Assembly (NCBI GenBank): GCA_965153455.1 | Contig: OZ234494.1 | Location: 1,302,001 to 1,366,000 of the forward strand | DNA: 64,000 bases | Direction of reading: 5' to 3' | Origin: Sphagnum compactum | Lineage: Eukaryota | Part shown: positions 26,961 through 39,594 of the stretch, one piece after another | Numbering within the stretch: the first letter of the stretch is position 1 | How the letters are laid out: each line of letters begins with the position of its first letter | Translations under genes and position numbers: made by a program | The notes under the pieces: model-generated | What the model was told of the DNA's origin: nothing | Seen by the model: only the letters and a program-made list of their open reading frames with translations | The model's database searches: none

Positions 26961-27679
26961 GCCCTCTCACCCCCAACCCTACCTAGTGATTTTGTCCATT
27001 TGTGAAAGTTTTTCACTTTTTGCAAATTTTAAAAACAAAAATGATTGAAAGTCAAAAAGATTTTGTGGCTTTTTAGCACGGATTTTTTTTCAATTTTTAA
27101 ATTCGACATTTTTCCATTTTCATCATTAGGTAGTCAAAAAAGAATTTGTGAATTATTATGGATGAAAAAACCATATTTTCCCTATTTTGTTATTCATGAA
27201 GCCATTTTTGGCTCCATCTTGTTTGGATGATTCCACATTTTTGGGCTAGAATAAAAAAAAAGCATTTGGAAAAAACCATGAACCCTAATTATGTATTAAA
27301 AAAGGTTGAAGAAATTTTCCATTTATGCCCAAACATTTTGGGCCCTCTGGAAAAATCTTGATGCCTGATAAAAATTTGGGCATTTTGAGAAGTTTTATGC
27401 TGCCCTTTAGTTTTGGGCAAATTGTAAAGGTTAAATTTTTTAATTTTTAATTTTTTTTGTTACTGCCCACCCTTCCGAATGCTCTCTCACATGAAAGAGA
27501 GTATGTTGGCCAAAACAACATTAGAAACCCTTTTGCACATGAGGGGGGGTATTTTAACCTTTTGAAATCAAGGGGTCAAATTAACCTCCTGAGTTCACCC
27601 TAACTTGATCCCAAATCTAGAAAAAATTAAGATATTTATTCTTGAGGTTAAGATATCCCAACACATTTATCCCGCCTCT

Positions 27680-27754
27680 TAACCCTAATGCCATGTCATT
27701 TGCCAAGTCCAAAATTTTCCCCCTTTTGTGTGAATGAGATGACATTAGGGTTAA
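27680..27754. repeat. Inverted repeat, possibly internal to a small MITE
   Basis: taaccctaatgccatgtcatt vs aatgagatgacattagggtta; two mismatches. Confidence 0.7.
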
Positions 27755-27978
27755 TTTATTCTTTTAGTTTATCCCTTAATACTATTTGGGTGTGAATGTA
27801 GCACTATGAAATCTAGAACTTCTTTTCTAGTTCTAGACCACATGCATGTCTATGGAACATGCCCATTCATCATATGCACACATATACATACTATTTCAAA
27901 CATCACTCACAAATTGAATCAAATTTTGAGACAAAAATATATGGCCAAAAGTGTGCAATCTTTTCCATATGAGCATAT

Positions 27979-28244
27979 AAACTCAAATATTTCACCACAC
28001 AAAAAATATATATATAATCTTCGAAAAATCCTCTAAAAGAAACCAAAATCCTTCGAGAGATCATAACTCTATAACTAATCTCAAGTTTCAACACAAGCCC
28101 AAAATATCATCTTTCAAAAATCCTCATATAAAAATAGACCTATTTATTATTTATTACCTAGGGGGCCGAAATCCCTTAAGCTACTATACTCTATGAGGAA
28201 TCTAAACACAATATCCTTGCCTTGGTAGGCCAAGACCGACAAAC
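27979..28244 (+). repeat. Dispersed repeat family, copy 3
   Basis: actcaaatatttcacc...ctctaaaagaaaccaaaatccttc...ctaatctcaagtttcaacacaagc...atcccttaagctactatactctat. Confidence 0.85.
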
Positions 28245-30477
28245 CTCTTGAGAGGACTTTGGGTTTGGGGAAGGTCCTCATAACAAACCACTTATTAGGG
28301 ACTTTGGGTGAATGGGCTTTTTTCATAGTTGAAACTTGACTTAGTTTGGCACTTACTTATTTAGCCAAAGTATTCTCTTTTCTCCTTTTAATTTAGAGGA
28401 ACAAAGAGAGTTGCAATCTTGTCTTGGGTTGTGTGTTAACAAAGCATTTGTGACTTTGAGAAAGTTGAGGGAACCCATGTCTACTACCTCCATTCCCAAC
28501 CCACCCACCCACTCACTCACTCACTCACTCACCCGAAAAACACTTGTTCAACTTTAAACCTTTTTCATGTTCTTCTTGTTCGACTTTAAAACCTTTTTCA
28601 TGTTGTTTTTGGGTGTTTGTCTTCTTTCTTTTGTCCCTTTTTTTTCCCTTTTGGTGTCAATAAAGTCTCCATATTGAGTTATCTTCCTCTTTCTTCCTTC
28701 CTTCTATCCAAGTCAAGTCCCATCCATCCCTTGATGCTACAAAAGGAAACTCGTGTGTTCAAATCTCAAGACAAGAGCTCACCTACAATTTTACTTATTT
28801 AGGGTTGGTTGGTTGGTTTCCTATGCATCAAAACCCCCCCTCCCCCCCCACCTCAAAACAAGTAACCTAAAAGCAAAAGTTTTGGGCTGTACATCCGAAT
28901 CATCTAAACATGTGGGGTTTCATCCAACTCAACCATTTGGTAGTCGACATAACTCACCTACCGATCACATATGGTATAACTAACACACCACCCATGGTAT
29001 TTGTCTTTGGACATGAACATAGTTGTTATTTTTGCATTGAAGAATTATAGTGCGAATGTGTTATAATATTAGTATTCGAATTAAGAACCTACGACTATGG
29101 TATCCGTCTTTGGATATGAACAAAGTTGTTGTTATACTTGAATACAAGAATTATGGTGGGAATGTATTGTAATTTGCATTAGCATTAAGAAGGAAGGGAG
29201 TACGACAATTGTCAAAAAAGAAAAAGAGAAAGAAACAAATGAATGTTGACATCCAACATAGTTTGAGACACAATGGTTTATGGTATTGTTTGGACAATTT
29301 GATCTTAACCCTAAACCCTAAACCCTCAACATTGGTTGATACTTTTCGACAAGTGATAAAAAAGCAAGAACAAGATGCCACTCACCACACCATCTAGAGA
29401 ATGAAATAGATCCTATGACATGATCATTGCATGAAACAAAATTTCATACATATTATATATCCTTTTTTTTTCCCCCTTTCAAACTTTGATGATATCATAC
29501 TTTTTAAACACGTTACCATGCTACTTAACTTACAAACACACTTTTTTCAACAGTTTGATGAAAGAAAGCACACACACATGAGGATGCCACGGTTGACAAC
29601 ATTTGGTTGCAACAACACCCTTTCGGATTATCCACATGAAAGGCATCAAATTTCATCAAGTTGCATAAAGGGAAAGGAGAGTCTTTGCCAAGTTTTTCAT
29701 TGTAAAAAAAACACAATTCTTGTAGGATATAGTTGTGCCAAACTAAAACCAAAAATTCCTTTGTTTTTTGGCAAATGTTTTGTAAAAAGCCAAGCATCTA
29801 CGACAAAACCTTTAAACTTTTTTTGGGGGGGTTGTTGTGGTGTGAAAATTTCAAAGCCAAATTTAATCTAAATTTGGGGAGACTGAAAATGTCACTATAA
29901 TTTCTGACAAATACTCATTTAAAATAAAAATAAAATCTTTTTACACTCACAATATTTACAAATGAGAAAAAGGTATTGGTAAAAATGATATCTACATTGT
30001 GATACTAAATATTTGCACACAATGCCTTTTTCCATATATCTTTGTGAGAAAAAAAGTGAAAATTAATTTGAGAAATTAGGTCTTATAAGTGTGTGACATA
30101 CCTATTTATACTTTTGCTTTCAATCTTGCTTTAGTGACATACCATAACAACAACATTGCTAAATAGGTAACATGTTTGTCACACCCTTGTCTTTAGGGTT
30201 TGACATAGGTACCAACCGAATTAAAATTGAATTATTTAATTTAATTTAAATTAGCCACCTAGTTTAATTTTGGGTGATAAGTTGACTTGGTGTTTTTTTT
30301 TTTTTTTCCCAAATTGGGTTGGGCACACTAAGGTAAGTGATTAAGTTAGAGTTTGACCTTGGGTTAGTTACATTAGGTGAAGTAAAGTTAGGGTTTGACC
30401 TTGTAAATGGACCTTATAAAAAGGGTAACTGAAAAAATTGTGCCATTATTATAATAGTGCTTCCTTTCTCAAAAAGG

Positions 30478-30589
30478 AATGCAATTAGGGCATTAGGGCA
30501 AAACAATTGCCACTAATTGTTTCCACTTAATATGCCCCCTAATGCACTAATTGTTTGCCCTAATGGCCTAATAATGCCCTAATTGCATT
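30478..30589. repeat. Short foldback / inverted repeat
   Basis: Perfect 18-bp inverted repeat AATGCAATTAGGGCATTA / TAATGCCCTAATTGCATT, plus an inner ttagggcaaaacaatt / aattgtttgccctaa arm. Confidence 0.85.
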
Positions 30590-30649
30590 TTAGTGAACCA
30601 GCATAAGCTAACCATGGTGCTTGGTTAGCTATATACTAACCATCCACAT

Positions 30650-30760
30650 GCATCTACCTACCTACTTACCTAGTAGCCATCAACTACCATACCTACTTAC
30701 CTACCTGCGTAGACCCACTTGCATTACCTACCTACCTACCTACCTACCTACCTACTTACT
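30650..30760. repeat. (CCTA)n-type microsatellite; related tracts at ~1690-1770 and ~2215-2290
   Basis: acctacctacttacct repeats are directly visible. Confidence 0.85.
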
Positions 30761-31430
30761 CTCTTACATAGGTAGTTAGTTAGCCAAGTAGTGCAAGGGG
30801 CTGGGACAAATAGGAGGGGATACAGGATAGGATGGAAGCTTGGTAACTGGGGTTGTGGTTTCATCCAAAACCGAGTTTGTACTAGCCCACTATTAGGGTT
30901 TCTTTTTCCAATTTGTGAAAAACAATTTCAATTTTTTTGCAAAAATTAGTAAAATTTAAACTAGAAAATTAAATTTGGAAATTTTCCAGATTTTATGTAA
31001 TTACATAATTTGTAATTTGGTAAACTCAGTATTATTATTATTTTTTTCCCGATAGTAATTAAAAAGCTTGAACTTCATCCAAATTTATTGTTTATGGAAG
31101 GACTATTATATTGCTATGGATGAATGGATGGATGGATGGATGGATGGACAATAGAAAAGTTTGAGAGAATGAAGAAAGGCATCATGAGGGGATGGGGAAG
31201 GGGATTAGGATACACACTTTTGAACCAATGGGAACTCTACTACTGTGATCCCTAACAAACTGCCCCCTGCCCTACTTGATGGATTTGCTTGTGGCCCCCA
31301 TCATCCTCACATCATAATCAGGTTTTTTCCCCCCCTGCCCCTGCCCTACTTTGGGGGGGGTGTTTTTTTTCTCACTCAAATTTGTGATATTAAAAAAAAT
31401 TGGAAAAATTTTCCGAGAAAAAAGATAACA

Positions 31431-31797
31431 AAATTGAGTTTACACTAGGATTTTTTTTTAGTTTTCCAAATTAAAAAAAAAACTTGAGTTTACACAAGGA
31501 TTTTATTTATTTATTTATTTATTTACAATTTTCCAAAAGGAGAGGAAAAAATTGAGTGAACAACACTAGGAATTTTTTTAATTTTCTGAAAAAGAGAAAA
31601 AATTTGAGTTCATACTAGGAATTTTTATTTTTTATTTCTAATTTTCCAGAAAACAGAATAAAATTGAGCTCACACTAGGATTTCTTTTTTTTAATTTTCC
31701 AAAAAAGAGAAAGAAATTGAGTTTACACTAGTATTTTTTATTTAATTTTTAATTTCCGGAAAAAAAACAGAAAAAAATTTGAGTTTACACTAGGATT
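31431..31797. repeat. Tandem minisatellite, 7 units of ~50-70 bp
   Basis: Core ttgagtttacactagga, then a T-run, attttcc and an A-run; cores near 31434, 31484, 31552, 31604, 31664, 31717, 31779. Confidence 0.9.
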
Positions 31798-34700
31798 TGA
31801 GAAAAAAAATTCCAAAAAACAAAACTCCAAAAAATCAGTTTCCAACTGATTTTTTATTTTCGAAGAAAGAGAAAGAATTGATTTTAAATCCGGGAATTTT
31901 GAAATTTTGGAATTTGGGGTTTTTATTTACCAAAATTTGGGTAAAAAACTACAAAAATTTGGGGGGCAAGGAAATCACTGATTATAATAATAATAATAAT
32001 ATTTAGGGGGGTCTTCTTCTCAGGCCCTTTTTCTGCAACGGTCGTCAAATGGATCTCTCTGGTCCGCGTATTGACGTTAAATTAAAAGAAAGAAAGAAAG
32101 ATAGTTACAGCCAATCAAGTGGCCTGGATTTGTCATTTGCGGCTGCAATCTGACAAAAGGGCCAATACTCGGCAAAGTCTTATCTACCATGTGCCGAACA
32201 CAAAAAAAGAAATCATGGGAACGACAACGACCGCAAAAAAAAAAAGAAAAGCTGACATTCTTCACTATCCGATCAAAATAATTTCATCCGGCTGAAGAGA
32301 AGAATAATTTTTTTCAAACGGAGAGTGTAATGCAACCCCCCCCCCCCCCCCAAAACTGTCGACTTCATTGGGTGCAAACTCTGTACGCACTTACACACAT
32401 ACGGACATTGGTCCACCATCCTTTGTAATGATCTCAAATGTGAGCAAACGAACGAACGAACGAATGGACGAACGAATCGAACGAACAACCAAAAGTCCCC
32501 AGTCCAAGTTTTAGTAATAATTTATTATCTGGAAGTCCTTGGTCGGGTGGGCAAATGTCTTCCTTCCCTGAATACTTGAACACCCCCAGAATCGAGAGTT
32601 CAGATATCTCCGGATTAACGGCTGACAAAATCAATTGGATCCCCCTTTCGACCATCTTAGTCATAAGATCCCCGAATTCTCCCCCCCAGTGGGGGGGCCT
32701 TATTATTATTATACTCGGTACCAAGTTCTTGGTGGTCCGCAATTTTGCCTCTTAAGTTCCCCCCCTCCCCCCTCCCCCCAAAAAAAATACAAAGCCCCAA
32801 CATAATTATCAGGATTTTATTATGAATAGGGGTTTTTTTTTTTTCTTCAAATTTTTGTTTCCCAAATTCAATTTCCTTTTATTTCACAAAGAAATTTTCT
32901 GAAATTTTCCCACTTTTTATATATATAAAAAAGGCTCAATTTCCTTATAATTTGTTATTTGAATAATTCCCAAAGATATCGAAATTTCGGTACACCAAAA
33001 CAAGAACAAAATTACTTATAATTTGCACATGTGGCAAAATTACTAACTTGGAATTGGAATTACGCAATTGGAACACAAGTGCCTCTTTGACACCTATTCT
33101 AGTTTCCTATTGGTGCACTTCTGTATATTTTATTTTTTATTTTATTTTACACCCCACTCCTAGGCCCTGAGTTTTTCCCAAGAAAATTAAAAACATTTGT
33201 TGACAAAAAAAAATTGGAAAAGTTCTTGAAAAAACAAAGAATTTTCCTAGTGAAAAAGAAAATTCCAATAAAATTGTGAAAATTTCTACAAATTTTTCCA
33301 TTATTACAAATTTGGGGAAAAAAAAAAGCAAAACCCTGCATTGTAGAAGCAAAGAAATTGGTAAGTCTCTCTCTTTCTTTTGTTTTCTTTTTTTCTTTTT
33401 TTTCCCAACAAATTTTGACATATATTTCTGGGGAAAAAATTGGGAGAATTTTGAAAAGCTTTTTTTTTTAAAAAAAAATTGGGAAAGTATAAATTTTCGA
33501 TTTTTTGTGGGGAAAAAAATTCGCCAAAATGTTTTCTATATCAAAAAATTGAGGAAAAACCCTACCCGAGTGATCTTAACTCAAAAAAGCAAAAATGAAA
33601 AAAGGAAAAAAATTCCCCTCTGAAAAAGGCAAGGAAAATAAAAGAAAAGAAAAGCTGCTTACCTGTTTGATCCATCCGCTGTTGGAAAGAACGAAAATAC
33701 AAACGGGGAAAAAAAAACTCAAGTCTTTCTTTCTTTTCTTTTCTTTTCTTTCCGTAAAAAGACAACTTTTTCGTCCTCCTCTTTTTCTTTCCGTATTCGT
33801 CTTGTCCGCATCCCCTGCAACTGTCCGTGTGGCCACGGATGTACCATACGACCACCGAACCTCACATTACCGCACCTCGCCTTAGGTTCGGAGAATCCCG
33901 ATGCTCGGAATCAGGTACAGTGACCACTGCCCGAGCCTTTGATAGGTGCAGGTTTGGAAACCGTGGAGAGCGAATACGCCGAAAGAAGATAGACCGCGCA
34001 GTATCACTTCCTTGTGCCCATAGTAGGTTCGGATGCCGCGGAGAGCGAATAGGCAGCTAGCGGAGCGACCTCGCGGTTTGGATGGTGAGTTGTGACTGCC
34101 TGCGCGGTGCGACTGCGCGGTTGGGTGCGGTTGTGTTCCTCGCCTTCGTCGGGTTCTTCCTTCTTCCTTGTTTCCTGGAGCTCGTCGTCATCGCCCTACC
34201 ACACGCTCGCTCGCGCGCGAGAGCAGCTGAACTCGTCAGAGCTTCTGTGCTCTTGTGTGTCCAGACAACGCACGAGGAGCCGCGCACTCGCTTAGACGAG
34301 CTGCAGTCAGCTGTACATGAGCTCTGGAAACTTGTTGGAGTTTTGGAACAGGCCAATTCGCCGCTCTTGTTCTGAAGCTGAAGCTGCCTGAGCATTGAGC
34401 ATTCTGCTTTGGACTTTCGACGACGACAACTCCTTTTTTCTGTTTTTTTTTTTTTTTTTGTTGGGTTTGCTCCTGCTGCAGTTGGTGGTTCTCCCTTTGG
34501 GGTTAATGAAAGCTTTTGTGTTTTGGAGTGGGTGAGTGAGCGAGTGAGTGAGCGAGGAGATTGTGGGTTCTGCATTCGGTTGTCAGTTGGGGATTCATTG
34601 CTGTCGCACACTTTGGTATTGTGGGTGGTGGAGTTGTTGTCAGGATTTTTTTTCTTCTGTGGGATTCCGAGGGTTTTAGAAGCAGTTTTGGGAGAGTGTG

Positions 34701-34880
34701 TGTGTGTGTGTGGTGTTGCTTTTTAAGGGGAGGAGGAGCAGGGGAAGGGAGAAAGGGAGGAGCAAGAGGAGGAGGAAGAGAGAGAGAGACACACACACAG
34801 AGACGAATCATCATACTCAAGGAGGAAAAAGAGAAGGGAGGGTGCAGCAGCCGGGACAGAGATAGAGAATCTGTCTCTAG

Positions 34881-36535
34881 CGGATTGATTGCGGGGAAGG
34901 GGGGAAGGTGGAGACAACTAGGAGAGGCATTGTGGCGCGGGCTGGGGTGACAGAAGGGGGGGGAGGAGGAGGAAGAGGAGGAGGCGACCCCAGCAGAGAC
35001 GACCCCACATCGTTGAAAGACGGGGATCTGTCGTTGGGCTACGCGTACGCGCGCAACCTCCCTTCCACTGCTGCTGCTGCTCTCACCAACAACCCCATAC
35101 CCTGGGGTCGGCCCCCCCCAGTGTATGGCACGCACCACCACCATCACCGCGAAGTCTACCAGAGCCTATTGAGCCGAGGTGAGGAAGATCAGTATGGAGG
35201 AGGAGCGCATGGAGGAGCAGCTCCTCCTCCTCATGCTGCTTCTCCTCATGTAGTTCTTCACCATGGAGCACTGCATGGAGGAGCTCTTCAAGGGTACGAA
35301 GCCAGCTTGAAAAGAGAGAGTCATCAAAGAAGTGAAGACACAGCAGCAGGCCTTGCGGCCAACAATTTTGACGAGGAGGAAGAAGCGGAGCAGGAAGGTA
35401 GTAGCAATAGCAGCAGCGTGGGAAAGACCACTGCTGCAGACAGAGACAGAGACATCAACAACAACAACCCATCAGCTGCACAGAGCTGGGCACTGGCCGT
35501 GAGGGAGGGAGACGAAGAAGACGCAGCAGCAGCAGCAACGCAGGGCATGAATGTACAAAGCCTGCAACAGCACAATCCCGCACACGCGGGCCCATCTGAT
35601 CCCGACAACCATCTACACCTTCATGGTATCTATTCATCTATTTATGCACTCCCCGCCTCTTGAGAGGATTGATTCTGCTACCTTACAGTTGTTCTCGTCT
35701 GCAGCTTCTCTGTGTGCCGGATTCCTGCTGCTTTGGGTAGCAGCGGGCTTGGTTTAGGTCTGAGATTTTATTATTGTTATTATTATTTTCTTCTGTTGTG
35801 GGTTTTGTGCAAATTCCTTCTTTCTTTCACAAATGGATTCACGTCTGATGCTTCTCTTTCTGTCCGATGTTTCTCTTTCTCTCTTTCACAAATGGGTTCA
35901 CGTCTGATGGGTCTGATGCTTTTCTTTCTTTCTTTCTTTATTTGACAAATGGGTTCACGTCTGATCGGTCTGGTGTTTGTCTTTCTTTCTGTCTTTTACA
36001 AATGGGTTCACGTCTGGTGTTTGTGTTTCTTGATTGGGGGGCGGGGGGGATGAAGAACCACGTGCGGAAGAGCTGTGGGGAGCAACAGTAGGAGGAGGAG
36101 GAGGAGGGAAGGTGAAGGAGGGAGTGGTTGGGCAGGGGCAGGGACAGCAAGTAGTAGGAGGAGGAGCAAGTAGTACGGGAACAACAACAGGATCATCAGC
36201 GTGTCAAGAATGCGGAAACCAAGCGAAGAAAGATTGCTCGTACCAGCGATGTCGAACGTGTTGTAAGAGTCGAGGGTTTGAGTGTACCACGCATCTCAAG
36301 AGTACTTGGGTTCCTGCAGCTAAGCGGCGAGAACGACAGGCGGCTGAATCTGCTGCTGCCGCTGCCGCCTCCGCTGGCCTTCTTCTTCGTCCCAAGTCCA
36401 AGCGCGCTCGATCCCTCGTCGTTGCCAATTCTCTCACCTATACTTCTGCAACGTCTCCCAGAGGAGGCTCTGCTGATCTCAACTCCGCTCATCTCTCTGC
36501 TGCTCCTCATCCTTCTCAACCAAGTAAACTCTCTG

Positions 36536-36587
<52 letters not shown>

Positions 36588-39500
36588 CATTGCATTGCAT
36601 TGCATTGAATTGACTTTCATCTGTCTCAACCAAGTAAAAAAAATGGCTATTATTCCCATCTTTCTCTCATCACACATTGAATTTCTTCATCTCCAATTTC
36701 ATATCTTTCATGTCTCCAATTTCTTGTGTTCCAAAAGGGGTTTCAAACAGCGTAACAATTCCATCATGCATCAAAATTCATCTCCAATTTCATATGTTCC
36801 AATAGGGGTTTCAAATACGGTAAATGTTCTATCCAACTTCAGTGTTCAATTTTGATTTGTGCAATTTTTTTTATGTGTTGGACACGACTATGTGTGATTA
36901 TCCTTTAAAGTGACGCATCTCACTGCATGTCATCCATCTCAATGAAGTAAAATCACTATCTCCATCTCTGGTGATGCATTGAATTTCATCTCCAGTTTCA
37001 TATGTCCCAAAAGGGTTTCAAATAGGTTAAAAGTTTCATCCAACTTTTGTGTTCAATTTTGATTTCTTCAATTTTATCAATGTTTTATGTTTCGGACAAG
37101 ACTGTGTGTGATCATCCTTCTCAGCTTATTCCTTTCTTTTGCCACATGCTGGTTTTCACAATTGGGTCTTTTTTTCATAATTGCATCTTGATCGTGGCAT
37201 GGTAGGTTGGTAATCCAAGTATCTGTGTTCCCAAAGGGGTTCAATGGGGTCAAGGTTCCATCCATCTTTTGTGTTCATTCTGACTTTTGCATTTTCTTTG
37301 ATGCTTTTATGTTTTGGACAAGACTCTGTGATCATCCTTCTCAGCCTATTCCTTTCACTATCGAGTCTTTGTTCATAATTGGATCTTTGGCTTGGCATGC
37401 TAGGTTGATTGCTCTCTCAGCCAGCTTCTGACTTTGTGAGATTGATGTGGCATTATTTTTGGGGAGGTTTAGAAGTTCCCCACACAGATATGTTCTGGGG
37501 GTGCTGGTGTATTTTGATCAGGTGTTTAGTTTAAGGTTTTTCAGAGCTGCTTGCCTGTGGACTTTGGAAGCTATGGATGGGAAATTATTTTACCAATATA
37601 AGAAAAAAGATGGAAAGGCAACCTAAGGGTATCTCACCATGCATGGATAAACACTGCTATATATCTCAATGAGTATCTTCCGTTACTAGGAATTTTTTTC
37701 CCTGTTTTCTCTGGTGCAGTGGTTTTGTTATTATGGTTCATATTTTGTTTTTCCTTCCAGTCAAGTTGTCCCTGGGTGTTTGTTCTCATTGAGTGATGTG
37801 TTATGGAGTGTGCTGCTATAGTGGTTCATGTCATGCACTGCCTTGAGATGACAACAGTGTTTGTGCTCTTTTATGGAAGGAGATTTCTTGATACTTGTAA
37901 AGAACTCAGAGAAATTTCCTAGTGTATGTGGAGGGCACTTATAGGTGTAAGATCCCTTCCACTCTGAAGGACAAGGTGTAACAACCCTCCCCCTCCTCCT
38001 ACACTTCATGTCTTTGCATGTTTAAGTTCATGATAACATTCGCCTTGCAATCTATGATGGGTGAAGCCCACAGGTGAGGTACATTGCCAACATGCAGGCT
38101 GAACTTGCCTACTACCTCATCCTAGGCCCCTTCTTTTGGGAATGCCCCCATCCCGGGTCCTTTAGCCTACACATGAAACTTATGCTCTTTGTGAAGGAAA
38201 TCAAGTTGCCTGATGTGAGTTGTGGGAAAAAAAACCAAAGTAACCCTTTTGATCCCTGTCTTGATTATGGTTTAAGGGTTTTAAGCCTTGTTTTGCTGCT
38301 CTACCAGGTTAGTGGTTACACTGGATTATACCCACTGTAGTAGGGAGCTGATGAAGTCAGTGTGGAAGTTGTGATAGATAAGTTGCTGTCATACATGTTA
38401 CTGTTGATGGTTCCTGAACAAGTGAGAGACTGTTGTTTTTGTTCATCTTGAAAGTGTTTTTGTGTCTTTTGCTTTTTTGGTTCTGTGTTCTTCTGTTTTC
38501 TTCCCAGTTCTGTAAGTCCTTATCTGGAGTCTTTCTTTGACTTAAAAGGAAAAGTTTCAACCTTGTTCTGGCATTCTTAATTGTGAATATGGAGATTTTT
38601 TGATGCTCATGAGAATTATCATTATTTTTACTGCTCTAACTGCAAACCTTATGTTCTAAAAATTGCCCAGCATCAGCAAAGGGTGGACTTCCTCCAGAAG
38701 TGAGAGCGCAGGCACTCTTTAAGTGTGTGAGATTAATGGGTGTGGAGGATGGGGAGAATGAGTTTGCATACCAGGCAACTGTCAAAATTGGGGGCCACAT
38801 TTTCAAAGGTGTGTTGTACGATCAAGGTCTCGACAGTGGCCAAGTCGCTGCTGCACCATCATCATCACTGGGCGACTTACAGCTTGGTGGCAGCCGAGGT
38901 GGCATGCCATCATCTTCTGCCCTGATTGACCCCGCATCTTTGTATGTCTCTGGAAGTGCACTCTTGGGAGGTCAGCCCCTTGACTTAACAGTTCAAACAC
39001 GTCTTTATTCGTCATCTTCTCATTTTCTGTGTGTGTGTGAGAAAACCCAATTATATGACAGCAATTTCTGAATGAATGATGTTTCTGGAGATTCACAAAG
39101 GGTGGGTGTTTTCTGTTTCTGGGTGGTTGGGATGAATGCAGCTTTGCGATAAGTAAAAAGTACATCGGGGGTGGCAGCAGATGAAGGGATTTTTTTGGGT
39201 GAAACATTTTCCGAATCAGTCCTGGTTCCTTTGTGCAGGGAAGTAGTTTTGTTTGCACCAAAAATTTGTAGAGGAGCAGTTGTTATGCTAGGTTTTGTTT
39301 CTGCAGACCAAGAAACTGGAATTTTTTTTGTTTGGGGGGTCAACTTTGTGCCAAATTGTGTCCATCAAATTTTGAAAACTTTTTGTTCATTTTTCTCACT
39401 CAACCCTGAAAATGATTGCCCATGGGTTGAGTGAACGAAATGAATGACTACTGAGAGTTTGCTTTGTTGCCTTTGGGGGTTGATTCAGGGTAATGTAATC

Positions 39501-39594
39501 ATATCTCCTCTCACTTGCAGATGGCCTGACTCACGTATACACTCTCAACCAGCAGTCCTGGCCATCATTCTTGAGCAATGCCACAAAATGCTAA
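34881..39594 (+). CDS. SHI: SHI/STY/SRS (SHORT INTERNODES / STYLISH / LRP1) family transcription factor. Proposed exons 34881-35625, 36056-36523, 38671-38970, 39521-39594, plus a possible ATG-only exon end at 34082-34084; ~529 aa
   Basis: Exon 36056-36523 encodes the diagnostic RING-like zinc finger [46 protein letters not shown] (from 36202). Exon 38671-38970 encodes the IGGH domain [15 protein letters not shown]...[21 protein letters not shown]. The junction CCA A|gtaaac (36524) ... ttgcccag|CA (38670) keeps frame. All proposed junctions are GT-AG and phase-consistent. The family call is firm; the N-terminal exons and the last exon are less certain (read-through to the stop at 39071 is an alternative). 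Confidence 0.93.
35815..36020 (+). repeat. Four tandem copies of acaaatgg(g/a)ttcacgtctg separated by pyrimidine tracts (SHI intron)
   Basis: Copies at ~35829, 35888, 35945 and 35998. Confidence 0.9.
36541..36607. repeat. (CT)n plus (TGCAT)n microsatellites at the 5' end of the large SHI intron
   Basis: Directly visible; explains the SLSLSL tail of ORF 36034..36855. Confidence 0.95.
36690..37420 (+). repeat. Degenerate ~210-235 bp tandem triplication in the large SHI intron
   Basis: ccaa(a/t)ggggtttcaa...tccaac/tccatc...gtgttca.tt.tga.tt...ggacaagact.tgtgatcatcc recurs near 36780, 36990 and 37225. Confidence 0.7.

Noticed and set aside
31234-31240. ACTCTAC (reported STY1-binding motif) upstream of SHI, suggesting autoregulation
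   Set aside because: A single 7-mer is expected several times by chance in 64 kb.
31431-31797. CRISPR-like appearance of regularly spaced ttgagtttacactagga cores (also the 45.2-45.9 kb array)
   Set aside because: Spacers are homopolymer or microsatellite runs similar to each other, the context is eukaryotic, and no cas genes are present. These are ordinary minisatellites.
34057-36613. Many overlapping ORFs on both strands around SHI (e.g. 34057..34611-, 34503..35147-, 36196..36540-)
   Set aside because: Shadow ORFs from GC-rich, low-complexity exon and UTR sequence; no domains.
36524-36855. C-terminal part of ORF 36034..36855 (SLSLSL...)
   Set aside because: Read-through into an intron with a (CT)n microsatellite; the frame continues properly at 38671.
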